Below are positions 32,531-47,870 of a DNA stretch of 64,000 nt, one piece after another (within the stretch, counting starts at the first letter, position 1; the number at the start of each line of letters is the position of its first letter). The DNA comes from Eremomyces bilateralis CBS 781.70. Taxonomy: Eukaryota. Position numbers and translations under genes: made by a program. Location: assembly GCA_010015585.1 (NCBI GenBank), contig ML975149.1. The stretch is one strand, 5' to 3'. The notes under the pieces are model-generated. The model was not told where the DNA came from. It searched no databases and saw nothing but the letters and a program-made list of their open reading frames with translations.

Positions 32531-33297
32531 CATCCTCAATTCCACTTCCTTCACAGGCGGCACAGTAGGGACGGAGTTCATAGCTTAGTGGCGTGGATGC
32601 GGAGGACTTCTGGAAGGCGGAGAGTGCTATAAACAAGGTGGTTATGTGGCGCGAGATCAGGATCAAAACATCACTATACGATCAGACGATCAGATGAGAA
32701 AAGGGTATCGTTTGAATTCCTAATTAGGAAGTATGCACTGGTCGCGAAGATACTGTTTTTGAGCGATTCAGCTATTCCTCCCATGATGATTAAGAATACT
32801 TGATTAAAAATCCTACGGGGGGTGATTCTATATTCTAGGAAGGCAGAGATCACATGCTACCTACGCTCATGAGATTTGGGGCAGAAAGGTTGCCTTTATG
32901 CATCACTGGCCTATTTTATTGTGGTCTCTTGAAGAATTTGCCAGATACACAGCAGGATGACTGGTGAACTATGTTTCTAAAATGATGATGTCGATTTCCT
33001 GAAGTGGTAGAGGTAAATGCGAAGTGAAAGATGGTGCCAAATATTGACTTACTTCCAGTGAACTGTGATAATATTTCTCTTAGAGATTTACTTTCCTCCC
33101 TCACTCGCTCTTGTCCCCAAATATTTGTTCGTTTGATCATCTTGCTTTCTCGTCCACCAACAGCAAGAGTATGTTAAAGGATTGAGTTTGAGCAGAGTAG
33201 ACCAGACCTGACAATAGTCAAAAGGGCAAGCATTAAATTTCAGCCTTAGCGCCTTAGAGCCTTAGCGAATTTTCGTCTTAGCTCCTTACCCGTCACG

Positions 33298-34236
33298 ATG
33301 GCAACCCCTACGCAACCCCCACGCCTCCATCTCATCCGCTCCGCCCAAGCCAACCACAACACCTCCCTCGCCAACCACCAGATCCGCGACCCCCTCCTCA
33401 CCCCCACTGGCGGACTCCAAGCCCGCCACCTCCGCCATGCGATCCCCCCCTCCATCCGCGACCGCATCGGCTTCTTCGCCGCCTCCCCCCTCCGCCGCAC
33501 CCTGTACACCGCCCTCCTCGCCTTCGAAGACCTCCTCCTCCCCGAGGGCCGGGAGGAGGGCCTGATGTCGACGGGAATCGGTACAGACCCTCTGCCTATC
33601 CCCGAGTCCGGCTTGTCGGTGTCCCATAACACGCCGCGCTTTCCCGTCTTCGCGGTCGCCGAGGCCCAGACGGTCTCCGACCGCCCGTGCGACACGGGCT
33701 CGCACCGCGACCAGCTTGTGGCGGTGTTCAACGTGGTGGATGGGCCGTGGATTTACCTCGTGAGCATGGCGCATCTGCGGAAGGACTGGTTTATCAAGAA
33801 GAGCAAGTGGGCGACTGATGAAGCGATGGTGAAAGCGCGTGCGGCGGCGGTGAGGCGGTGGTGTAGGAAGAAGTTGGCGGGTTTGGAGGGGGAGAAGCGG
33901 GATATGGTGCTGGTGACGCATGGGACATTTCTGCACTACCTCACGCAGGATTGGTCGGGCTATGAAGAGGTCGCTGGTGAGTTTTGGAGATGAGTTGGGC
34001 GAGGTGACGTGGATGGGTTGTTGACTGATGGACTAGAAACCGGGTGGGAGAACTCCGAGGTGAGGTCGTTCCAGTTCGTGGATGGACTGAGGACTGACGA
34101 TGATGATGCGAAGATTGAGGAGACGGAGGAAAGCAAGCAGTACCGAGAGAAGAATGGGCCGATGTGTGGGTTGGACGGGTCCTTGGAGACCGAGGAGCTC
34201 GCTCCCGCCAGAGATGCCATCGCATTCGAGCATTGA
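33298..34236 (+). CDS. Histidine phosphatase / phosphoglycerate mutase-family protein with the catalytic His replaced by Ser
   Basis: Exons 33298-33976 and 34037-34236. LIRSAQANHN, DPLLTPTG, ASPLRRTLYT, PCDTGS, LVTHGTFLHYLT, GWENSEVRSF. Confidence 0.85.
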
Positions 34237-34481
34237 GGGCTATGATGGCACTGGGCATAAGCAACAATGCGACATGCTCAAAAAGGCGGATCACTTGATA
34301 TGCATAACAGTAGTGACATGGCTCAAAAAAGTCGATTGCCGGAGATCCATACCAACGGATAGATAAAACAAGAGTCGCAAGACCTCGCACATCTTCATGC
34401 CTCGATATCAACCAACTAACGCGAGCCATCTGTCTTATACCCAACCTTCCACATCCCCCCTCACCTCCCCTCCTCCTACCC

Positions 34482-34853
34482 CTATGCCCCCGTCCCCGCC
34501 CCCGCCAACTCCGCCTTCAACCACGCCGGATACTCCCCCCCCGTAAATGTCGCACTATCATCATACGCGCCACCCGCCCACAGCGGACTGCACCCGCTCC
34601 CGCCCGGCACCTTCAAAGCGTCACGTCGGATCGAGTCCCCGGTGACGATGTCCCCCGTGTTGATATCGTGGTGGTGGTTGAGGTTGAACTTCTCGAAGGC
34701 GTTGGGGGTGCAGGCGGCGCCGGAGCCGGAGCCGGAACCGGAGGTGGAGGGGGTGGAGGTGGAGTCGCCGCCGAGGAGACCACTGAGGCCTTGGGGGGTG
34801 GGGGAGGCGAGGGCGAGGGGGAGGAGGGCGAGGATGGTGGTTGAGAGTTTCAT
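34482..34853 (-). CDS. Small secreted protein (123 aa)
   Basis: ACCATG start, signal peptide MKLSTTILALLPLALA-SP, Ser/Gly linker, 2 Cys, HHH. Confidence 0.8.
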   Translation of the reverse strand: MKLSTTILALLPLALASPTPQGLSGLLGGDSTSTPSTSGSGSGSGAACTPNAFEKFNLNHHHDINTGDIVTGDSIRRDALKVPGGSGCSPLWAGGAYDDSATFTGGEYPAWLKAELAGAGTGA

Positions 34854-36366
34854 GGTGGTGGAAGAAGAGAGGCGTTTGTATGTGGGTTTCAAGACGGGAT
34901 CAGTGGATCAGTGAACAGTGCCGTAACGGCTGCTTGACGACTTGGACATCTCGACTTCTTAAGAAACAGAGCGTGACATTGTGTAGGGTTGAATCCATAA
35001 TGGTTGTATTAAGGCTATATTAACGACATTATGATAAGAGGGGTCTCTGAAATCGACTGGACTCATGTATATTGAGATTGATTGATCGGCGATCTCATGC
35101 AACTGGTGTTTATGCTTTTGTATCCGAAGTCCGATGACATCATCTCATTAGGGTTGTCTGGAAAACCTTGTTTGATACGCTGTTCATAATTCGTATAATA
35201 ATATACGAGCTTATACTACTCCGAGTTGAAGTCAGAATGCCTGCGTGGTCAAGGAACGATTATTACCTTCGTAGTGGACTCCAGGGTTAGACCATACCAA
35301 CGACGATGATTTTGGCTGGGAGGCTTCAACTACCTCACTGGCTTATAAATCTACCAGAAAGATCCTCAACTGCCGGTTCCTATTCCTACCGTATATAAAT
35401 TCGCCGGCAAAGTGGAATATGCCCTCGGCACAGCGTGGATCCGACTCAATATAGGGTCGTTGGCATTAAAGCAGCCCAAAAAGCACAGAGAGACATATTC
35501 CCACCTTGCCCTAGGGTTGTCCTCGGATATAGAAACCCCAGTCCTTCGACCAATCTACCGGATCCGCTTCATTTGAAGAGAGAATAAGCTTATAGCCGTT
35601 ATAGAGCATGCAGTCAAGAGTCTCTTTACGCGAAGAGAGGCTTGAAACAACGACGGAAGGCTGTCTATACGCCGCGAGAATTACAACCAGCGGTCTAGAC
35701 TTTCACGATGCGCAGCCACCACCAGGATACCATCTCACCCTCTCAGGTCTCCTCCCGCCTCTAGGTGCACGCCCACCGCAGCCTCATCACGACCATCCTT
35801 GGCCGCTGAGTCGCCAGCACCGCAAGACCTGCACGCCGGTCGGCGACGCCCCTGCCATTCGCTCGTATGCCCGCCTCGTGGCTGCTCAGGGCTGACAGTA
35901 CGTTGCTTCTGCTCACCGTCCATCGCGACGCTTCGTGCGTTTCCCCTCGTCGCGTTTGCGGCTGAGCTGGTGGGCGTTTTGCGGTGGACTATGAATGGAA
36001 CGCCTGCGAGGGAGGGCGTTGACGGTTGGATGTTTGGTGAGGTTCCTTTGCCGGCCTTATTAGGTCGAGGTGGGTGCCAGTTTTGGACTTTTCGCCCTTG
36101 TCAATCTTATACTGCGCGTTTGAGAGTCCTGTTCCGCATCGCGATACGTCACTTCTACACAGCGCTCCTTGGGCTGAAATTCTGAGTCGCATATTGTACG
36201 GCACAAGTCGCGTTGTTCTGGATCATCTTATCCTGCCTGCTGGCCAGAACATTGGGCGCAAAAGAAAACTTCACCCTCCTTCTCTCTACAATCTCTCATA
36301 AGTCCCGCTTGTCGAGTCTACTTCTGCGAACCCTTTCAAGTCCTACAAGTCTTTCTTATCTTCGAC

Positions 36367-37026
36367 ATGGCGCCATGGCCTCAAAATAACGGAGCGCCGA
36401 AACCATCGCAACCCTCAACAACAAAGCCTGCTCAGTCAGATGACCTTCGGCCCGCAAGTATCGCCGCAGGAGTCGTCTTTGGCATCTATCTTGTCATATT
36501 CGCCATACTCGGCACCTGCACCATCGTCCAGTACATCGGCCGACGAAATCGCAAGCCCCAACCCATCCCCGAGTATCTCCGCCCGTCGAATCCCGCCTAC
36601 CTATCCCGCACCGGCAACAACGCCAGCTTCCTGGCCCAGGACGTTCATAATCCGCGTCGCGACGGCGCGCAGGACCCGAAGAAAGGATCCGAAGTGGTAA
36701 CGCGTGATCTCGGGAGCGGTCCGATCGGGACGCCGCCAGTCGGACCGGAGGTGTATGTTGTGTCGCCGCAGCGCACGCCAGGGGTTTCGGCGGTGGAGGC
36801 GCCGCTCATTCCGCTAAAGGCGACAAGGCATGGTCATCCGGATGTTTTGAGGCGGGAAGAGAGCGGCTATAGCTTGCGAGATGCGGCGGGTTATGGGGAT
36901 TCGGACAGTGACACTGATACTGTGACGGGGTTGGAGCGTCGGGTTAGCGATGTGAGCGATGTCACTGTTGATTCGACGCGGCGATATTACTATCCAGAGG
37001 CTTATCGGGGGAATAATCAACAGTAA
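36367..37026 (+). CDS. Hypothetical single-pass membrane protein
   Basis: 219-aa ORF with one hydrophobic helix (IAAGVVFGIYLVIFAILGTCTIV) followed by RRNRK and a disordered tail. Confidence 0.7.
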   Translation: MAPWPQNNGAPKPSQPSTTKPAQSDDLRPASIAAGVVFGIYLVIFAILGTCTIVQYIGRRNRKPQPIPEYLRPSNPAYLSRTGNNASFLAQDVHNPRRDGAQDPKKGSEVVTRDLGSGPIGTPPVGPEVYVVSPQRTPGVSAVEAPLIPLKATRHGHPDVLRREESGYSLRDAAGYGDSDSDTDTVTGLERRVSDVSDVTVDSTRRYYYPEAYRGNNQQ

Positions 37027-37582
37027 TGATGAAATGATAAGTTGGATACCCCGTTTTTATGATGCTTTTCAATGAGCGGGGAAAGATTTCTATGTCTGTC
37101 CAGGTACCCCTCTGTCTCATCGCACTATCTTTCCCGCGACGAGCGATACGGTGTTCCGATTTCGGCATCCATTTATTGGAATATTTGAGCCGCAGAGCGA
37201 TTATCATGGCATAGGTGCGGAGTAACGAACAATTCATTATCTTATCGGTCTTCATGTCAATAAACACTCACCGCTCATGCAGTGACATCTCCCTCCTGCG
37301 TGTGATAACTGTGACAGCCCATTTTATTTCCCAACTGGGGAGTCCCGTGTCTAGCCGCTCGCCCCGGCCCCACTAGCCAACCCCGCGGCGCGTCATCGCG
37401 TGCAGCTGCCATGTTACTCATTACTGAAGGTATAATAATCAATAACTGCTCCGGCAGCAAACAAACATTCCTTCAAAAGGCTTCAAAGAAATTTCTATCA
37501 CTGGTACTTCAAACCAATTCTTTGTTACACCAGAAAAGATCCAGTAGAAGCTACTTACAGCTCACAAATCAATTGCTAACGA

Positions 37583-39686
37583 ATGGCCACCTTTAGAGAG
37601 GGGAACATGCTTCGACCTTCCATTCAACGATGCCTTTCCTCCCCTCGACCTACGCTCTTTCTGGGGAAGCGACTGCACGGATATAATCCTGCGAGACTCA
37701 GCTTGTCAAAGAATTTATCTGTCTTAGGGCAGCAGCGACGGTCGATCGCGATTGCAACTGCATCTCAGTTCAACGCGGCCAAGACACCAGCAGTCAGCAA
37801 TGAACCGACAGTACGTATCCCGCCACGATCCGCGTTGCAGCCTTACTTGTGGATTATCCTGGGGAAACTGACAGTAGATAGTACATGTACGCATCTGGAG
37901 ATCCTGGCCGAAAGAAGCTTCTCCAAACCAAGAACGATGTCGTCTCGAAACTTCCGGTGCAGATGAAGGTCTACGTCGATGGCAAGCCGGTTCGTTTTCA
38001 TTGATGCCGACCGTCCTGCATTGAAGATACTGATAATGGAGTGTAGATAGAAGCTAAGAGCGGCACCGGGAAGCAGTCCAACCCTGGCGAGCCGTCGATG
38101 ACACTGATCGAGTATCCGAACGTTGCGAAGGACGACGTCGACAGGGCCATTGGGGCTGCACTCGATGCCAAAGAGGAGTGGCAACGGATGTCATTTGCAG
38201 ATCGAGCAGCCATATTCCTAAAGGCCGCGGATCTTGTGTCGGGGAAATACAGAAATGAAATGCTGGTGGCGACGATGCTGGGGCAAGGGAAGACTGTGTT
38301 CCAAGCAGAGATTGACTGTGCTGCTGAACTGGCGGACTTCTTGAGGTAAGGAAGACATGACACGACTATGATAGATGGCTAACAAGGTCTAGATTCAACG
38401 TCAAATACGCCGAGGATTTGTATAGCCAGCAGCCGGAACATAACTCTAGGGGATGTTGGAAGTGAGTGCCCCTTGTTTATATCATGGATAGGACTGATAG
38501 TACTAGTCGCCTCGAGTATCGCCCGCTGGAAGGCTTCGTCTACGCCATCACCCCTTTCAATTTCACTGCCATTGCGGGAAACCTACCTGCGGCACCGGCA
38601 TTGATGGGTAACGTCGTGATTTGGAAGCCATCCCCACACGCGATGCTGTCCAACCATCTTCTCCATCAAATTCTGCTCGAAGCTGGGCTCCCGGAAAATG
38701 TCATCCAACTAGTTCAAGGCGACCCCCAGATGATCACTGACGTCGTGCTCGACAACGCTAACTTTGCCGCGCTGCATTACACCGGCAGCACTGCGGTGTT
38801 CAAGAACATCTTTGCGAAGATCGGCCAAGGCATCGCGACGGACAAGTACCGCACATTCCCCCGTGTTGTCGGCGAGACCGGCGGCAAGAATTTCCACCTC
38901 GTCCACAGCAGCGCGGATGTCCGCAGCGCCGTCCTGCACACCATTCGCGCCGCTTTTGAATACCAGGGCCAGAAATGTTCCGCACTCTCCCGCGCCTACG
39001 TCTCTTCCCAAATCTGGCCCGAATTCCAGCGCCTCCTGACCGAAGAGATCGCCAAGATCCGCGTCGGCTCCGTCTTCGACTTGCAGAACTTCATGGGCCC
39101 GGTGATCCACCAGGGCTCCTATGACCGGCTCACCAGCTGGATCAACGCGGCGAAGAACGACGACGAGCTTGAGCTGCTGTGCGGCGGGACGTACACCGAC
39201 CCCTCCGCCGGCTTCTTCGTCCATCCGACCGTCTACCGCACCACGAACCCCACCCACAAAATCATGTCCACCGAACTCTTCGGCCCCGTCCTCTCCATCT
39301 ACGTCTACGACGACCCCCCTTCCACCTCCACCCCCTCCGACCGCCCCTACCCCAAACCCGACAACCTCGCCTCTCTTCCCTCGATCTGCCAGCTTATCTC
39401 CGAAACCACTGCCTACGGTCTCACCGGCTCAATCTTCGCCTCCTCCCGCCCCGCGATCCGCGCCGCCGAGGAACATCTGCGTGACGTTGCGGGAAACTTC
39501 TATGTCAATACCAAGTGCACCGGGGCGGTAGTGGGGCAGCAGGCGTTTGGGGGAGCGCGGATGAGCGGGACGAACGACAAGGCCGGGAGCGCGAATCTGA
39601 TCAGTCGGTTTGTGAGTATGCGGAGCGTGAAGGAGGAGTGGGGGGGGTTAGAGGCGGTGGGGTATCCGCATATGGAGAAGGATTAG
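37583..39686 (+). CDS. PUT2: Delta-1-pyrroline-5-carboxylate dehydrogenase, mitochondrial (ALDH4)
   Basis: Multi-exon gene with a mitochondrial presequence. EYRPLEGFVYAITPFNFTAI, HYTGS, VGETGGKNFH, AFEYQGQKCSA, FGGARMSGTNDKAGS. Confidence 0.95.
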
Positions 39687-40222
39687 GTGATGCGGACGGA
39701 ATGCGGATGTCTTCATGAATGATGGAGGAGTTTCGGACGTTGATGTTTAGCGGTTTCGGCTTTAGCAGGTGTTAATTAGGGATGAATTACTCATCGAAAG
39801 GCGTACTAATGCATATTCGGTTGAGCATAACATTTGGGTACATTCTAATTGCAATTCCGTCTAGTAAGTACTCATTCGAGGAGGTCGGAGGTCGAATGCA
39901 CATCATCCCGCAACTCTCGGCCATCTCGGAGCAAGCTACAAACTGAGGTGAGACTGAGCGATAGTTCTGACATGACCCGCGTCTGGTGTCCATTCTCATA
40001 AGCGAAATGACCGAGATTAGCAGCTCTTTGCATGCCATGTTACCTTAACTATGCCCATTGAGGTTGATATCCGATCTATAGCGTCCTCCCGTCCCCGCCC
40101 CCATGCAAAGAGATATCTCCCAAGAAACGCCTTCTAAGGCCCATCCATGATACAATACATTATCCCACTCTTCCCCTCCCAGGACTTTCTACGACTTCCC
40201 TTCTCTCCCATTCCTAGATCTC

Positions 40223-42852
40223 TCACCCCAACCCCCAATTCATTATCCCCTCCCCCATCCCAAACGGCGACGCCGGTCCCATCTGCCAAAAACCCGCCGG
40301 CGTCCCCCCCTCGTTCAACATATTATTCCAATCCTCCATACTAATCCCCATCTCGTCCAGCTCCATCGCCTGCTCCATCCCCGGCGACACCCCTCCCCGC
40401 CCCGCCGCCCCGAAGTTCCACGACGTCTCCGAGAACGCGAATGTCGTCTCGTTAAACGTCCCCGCCGCGGCGGGCTGCAATGGGGATGCGGCCGACGTCG
40501 CGGGCGCGTGCGCGGGGTAGCCGAGCGGCTGGCTGGGGAGGATCGGGAACGGCGGCGGCAGCGGAGACGACATCGCCGACGGCTGCTGCAACAGCAACGA
40601 AGGGGATGTCGGTCGCGATGACCGCTGTCCGGAACTCTGACCGGGGATCTGCAGCGTCGCGGAGGCGCCTTGCCACCGGGCGCGGGTGGCCTGGGCGCGG
40701 GCGAGCAGGCGCTGGAGGATGATGCCGTTCTGGCTGGAGCGGATGTCGTCGGTCCAGTTATCGACGGAGGCGGCGACGGTGTGCCAGGCGCGGTCGACGT
40801 CGGGGGTGCCGGGGAGGCGGACGCACAGCTCGGTGAGGATGAAGGCGAGGGGGAGGTACTGGAAGTAGCTGTAGATGAGCCAGCGCCACTCGTTGAGGCG
40901 GGGGTCGGATTCGAGCTGCGTGGAGAGCTCAAGGATTGAGATAGCGAGGCTGAATTGGCGGTCTTTGGCGTCGGGAGGCAGTTGGGTGGTGGCGGGTTGG
41001 CTGGGGCGGTGGGAGCTAGGGGAGTTGACGGGGGAGGGGGAGCGGACGATGGAGGAGGGGCGGAGGGGGTTGCGGAGCATGAAGCGAGATTTGGCGATGA
41101 GCATGTCGGTGATGGAGCGGGCGAGGTACTGCAGCGGGTCGGAGGGGTCGTAATTGGTGAAGTATCGGGTGTGAATGTCGTGGTGGCAACGGGAGATGAG
41201 TTGTTCTTTTTCGGCGAGCGTGAAGGAGTGGCGTTTGCCTTTGGAGTCTTCTTACGGTTTACAGATTAGCAAGATGCTCGATTTCGCCGACTTGAAGGAT
41301 ATCGAAGCGATACCGCCGTTACACATACCTTGACTTAGGAACACTGGCAAATCCTTCCGGTCCGTCGCTAATCCCGTCCGAATCATCCTATTCATCCTCG
41401 CAAACTCCAGTCGGACAAGACAGAAGCTGGAATCTGTCCATACCCTCTTACTCTCCACCGGTCGAGTGGACCCGGGGATCAGGTCCTCGTCATTCACATT
41501 CGACGGCGGCTCCGTGTCGAAGGCAAGATCCCACGCGGAAGACTCCGCCCCATAATCCTCGGACGCTCGCTGGTCCAGATAGCAAAGCTGCCACCACAAC
41601 CGTCGCCGCTGCTCCGTCTCGAAGGGCGGCAGCATGAACCGCGTGCCATCGTGGTGCAGGCCCTGCGATTGCGCGATCCGGAGCGCCATCCCGGCCAGGT
41701 TCCCCGCGCGCTTCGTCTCATCCAGTCGGCGGATGCTCGCGAGATAGAGCACGAACGCCTGCAGCGTCGCCAGATCCTGCGTGTTGTCCAATTCCGCGTT
41801 GAGCAAGGCTTGCTCAACCGCCCAGCGATAATTGGTCATCAACGTCGCCTTCTCATGGTGCAGAACGCGCTGGACAACGTGCTCGGGCATGCTGATCAAG
41901 CTTACCCAGTAGACGGCGAACATCAGTGCTTCATTTGGCGGGGAGAGTGACTGTCGTAACTTCACGGCCGTGACGAGTTGCTCCATGGTGGGTAAATGAA
42001 GCACTTTGACGAGCGGGTCGAAGTGGCCGACGTAGGTGTCCCAGTGCACGTCGATTTGCTCGGGAGACGGGTGGAAGTACTGAAGGTCCACTTTCGAGGA
42101 TCCCAGCGGGAATTTGGACGTTCCGTCAAAAGATCTGGGCGGATCTTGCGCGTCTGCCATCTCCGTGTCGGATTTGATGAGGACATCGTCCGCCTGTTGA
42201 ACCGTCAGGTCTTCGTTCGCAGTGTCTGGAATGGGGACTGACCACGTCGGTTCCATGACCCCAAAAGCTGGTCGATAAATACCGCGATCGCCCCTCGGAC
42301 CGCAGTAATCGCCCGACTCGGGTTTCAAAGTACCGCACTCGATCTGACTCCGACGCCCATGCCTCGCTCTCTGGAGTGATCACATCTTGGGAGCTCTCCC
42401 GGCGCGACGACTCGTCTAGAGAACTCCGTCCCGTCCGTGAACCAGACAGCGAGTGACTTCTCTCCGCGTCCAGGGCTTTTGTCAAGTCCTCAACAATCTG
42501 GTGAAACCCCATTAGCTCAGTCCAACTGCGCTGCTGACGCACCCCCACTCACGGTCTCGAGCTTGTCCATACGCTCTTTAAGTTCCGGATTTAGTGTGGT
42601 GGTGGCCGTCTCTTTCTGTGACTGTGTCCGCTTCGGACGATAGCACGTCCGAATAGGGGATGGGAAGATGCACTCCAACCTCGTCTTCGCGCAATTCCCA
42701 CACGGGGATTGCTTGTCACATTTGACTTTCCGCGTCCGACAGGCGATACATGCCTTGGGACTTCGCTCTTTGATAGCTAGAGAGTATTCCGCGTCGGCCT
42801 CGGGGCCTCGGGGGTGCAAGATTTTCTTTGATCTACTACTTGAGCCGCTCAT
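40223..42852 (-). CDS. Zn(II)2Cys6 transcription factor with fungal TF domain
   Basis: ACIACRTRKVKCDKQSPCGNCAKTRLEC; DPLVKVLHLPT; ALRIAQSQGLHHDG; EQRRRLWW. Several GT-AG introns. Confidence 0.9.
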
Positions 42853-44861
42853 GGGTGTTGTAGGTTGTATACGATAAGGCAAGAATGAAGAACCCAAAAA
42901 GGAAGTACATAAACAGTCGATCAAGCATGGGAAACGAAAGAGAGATGGTCATGGACAGGATGTTTAATTCCAGAAAGTCGGGTTCGGTAAGGTGTACGAC
43001 CATCGCGTCTCGTATATCAAGAAATTTGAAGAACCCAGCAGCGCGTTTTGCTCGATAATCAGACCAACCTAAGTCATGTCTGTAAGTAGCTGGATGGCTC
43101 TGAATTCTGAATAATCTCGTTTCGGCATTCCGGTCAATGGTGAAAATCCCCCCAGACGATACGCTGCACGTCTGCACCCTTACCCCAAGCGCCGACTGTT
43201 CCCTACCATCGCAATTATTATTAACCATTCATCTGCAACTCCCAATGAACCAGTCGTGACGAAACGGCCGATCCTCGCTCAAGGGAGACTAGCTGAGTTA
43301 CGTATTATTGAACGGGCGGCGACTCCGAATTCCAATGTTGCCGATACACAGTACATGCGGGCTGCTGGCTGCAGCCAAAGAGCCCCTGTCGGCAGGTTCC
43401 TAGATCCCAAACTCGTAAGAGATTCGGCTGGATACGCTTTTCAAGTTTTCATCATGGGAGATTGGGGTCCATCCAATTGAAGAGGAGAGCCACCACAAGT
43501 GACAACCTAAGACGGCAAGCGAATGCCGGAGCATTTTCTAGAAAGCGCCACAGTTGCGAGGAGGGAGGGAGCATGAATACCTGCATCCGCCGGGCTGGGG
43601 GGACGGCGTGGGTAGGGTCTTTCGCCATCCGATTAGTAAATCGGCCGGTTCTCGAAGGTGAGAATGCTAGGGAAGCAGCTTGATTTCCGAGAAAGCCGGT
43701 CGCTGGGCGGGAACGGGATCGGGGGAAGGTTGACAGAAAGTCGGAAACACTCCCTTCAAGAAAGTTGACTGTTGATTGTTTACTGTTGAGATCGGCCAAG
43801 GCAGTTTCATTGTGGAGTCGCGTAGTGTATAGGGCGTGTGAGCCTGGCGATACATATCGATATGTTGCCCGCACTACTAACGGACTAACCGCCAACAGTT
43901 TACAGTATATTGGTGTCGGGACCAAGGAGGTATCTCTGGCGGAATATTGGTGGAGATAGGACTTTCAAATCGAATTCTTCCGCAGCACCGGAAAGTCGTA
44001 TAAAGCGGTGCAGAAGGAAAAGTTCGCATTTCTCGGTCTTCTCGCGCTAGCTTGCTAGAAGCCCTGCGAGGGAGCACAAGAAGTTAGGCACGGTTAGGGA
44101 TAGGAATCAGTAAGTATCACAACCATCAACAGCCTTAACTACTCGTTACTACCAAGCAATAAGCTTGAAGCAGCCCTGCCATGTCATGACATGCATTTCA
44201 TACAAGGTACCTTGCCAATTTCTTGGAGAAATGCATCCCATGGGACGGGTAGCACATATGCTTTTCGTCGACAGATGAACGGATAGATACATCACCGATG
44301 GGCCAAAGAAGCATTGACGTTACCCCGTACAGTCGCATACCGCCGCATATATCGGTTTTCGTGTCGTACGGCATGAAATCACCCCGAGGAGCAGCATCGA
44401 GAGCCCAACTCCCCCTCCCATTCGACGATTGGGGAGTGATGTGACACGAGGAAATGCGTATTTCGGTCTTTGAATTTTCTAAACCGGAAAATGGGCACAG
44501 AATAAATCCACAGATGACAGTTTGTTGCTAACTCGTTCTGGTCCCGCGGAAGACTCGGCGTGCTAATTTTAGACGCCTGCAATATTCTAGAGTTTCCCTA
44601 GAGCCACAGATCCTAGTCCACGGCCCGGGGTCAAGGACTGCTGCTCGGTCTATGATAGTCGACAATGCATATCATGGTGTCACCGCCCTCGCTGCCCCTT
44701 CATTCGTTCATCTGGAACCGCGTCGAATTCGCCCGATATGATACCATGATTTCTCTCTTAGGGACACCGCTCATTGGTCGCCCACACCCACAGCCGTTCG
44801 ACATCGTTCGTATCGCGACAGACCAACGGTTGCCAGGATTACCCACGACCGAAAATTCCCT

Positions 44862-47318
<2,457 letters not shown>

Positions 47319-47870
47319 GGACGTCAGAGAGCCTTAGATTGGGTAAGGATACTCTATCGTGTGCGAGCGAGACGGTTTGCGACAGCGTCGTTTGACAAGT
47401 TGTCTTGTAGGTTGTTGCTGGAATAAAATTGTTGGGCAAAAAGTTTTGCCGCGCCGTGGGATGTTTGGCAGCTGGAAGCGTGGCGGGTCGGAGGCGCCGG
47501 AGCCGCAGCGACGGGGGCGGCGAGGGGCACTACGGGTGGCTTGCTGGAGGGGCTCCCGTTCATCTAGCAGGCAATAAAATGCACCATGAAAGTATAAATT
47601 AAGATATTAAGGTACTTGGAAGGTCAAGACTGAGAGATTTTAACCAGATGCTATCCATGATAGTTCATATGTTGGAACCGCCCGGTTTCTAGAATGGATT
47701 CAGGATGGATGCTACATCTCCAAACAAATATTCTAGTGATCGGACTGATCCAGGAATTGAATGAACAGTGGATGCGAAGCCCATGAATTCTATGCATCTA
47801 GACTCAATTCTAGAATGATGGTATAAGACCAGGATAGACACCTCCCAGGTATCGTCATCCATCAGCTCCC

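Noticed and set aside
34980..35520. Scattered TAGGGTT / AGGGTTAG telomere-like words
   Set aside because: Isolated single units, with no tandem array and no full TAACCCTAA template seen.
44100..44600. Possible intron-hosted H/ACA snoRNA (GTAAGT, ANANNA, ACA before a CTAAC)
   Set aside because: The motifs are too short and I found no convincing two-hairpin fold or rRNA guide. An Infernal/Rfam search would be needed.
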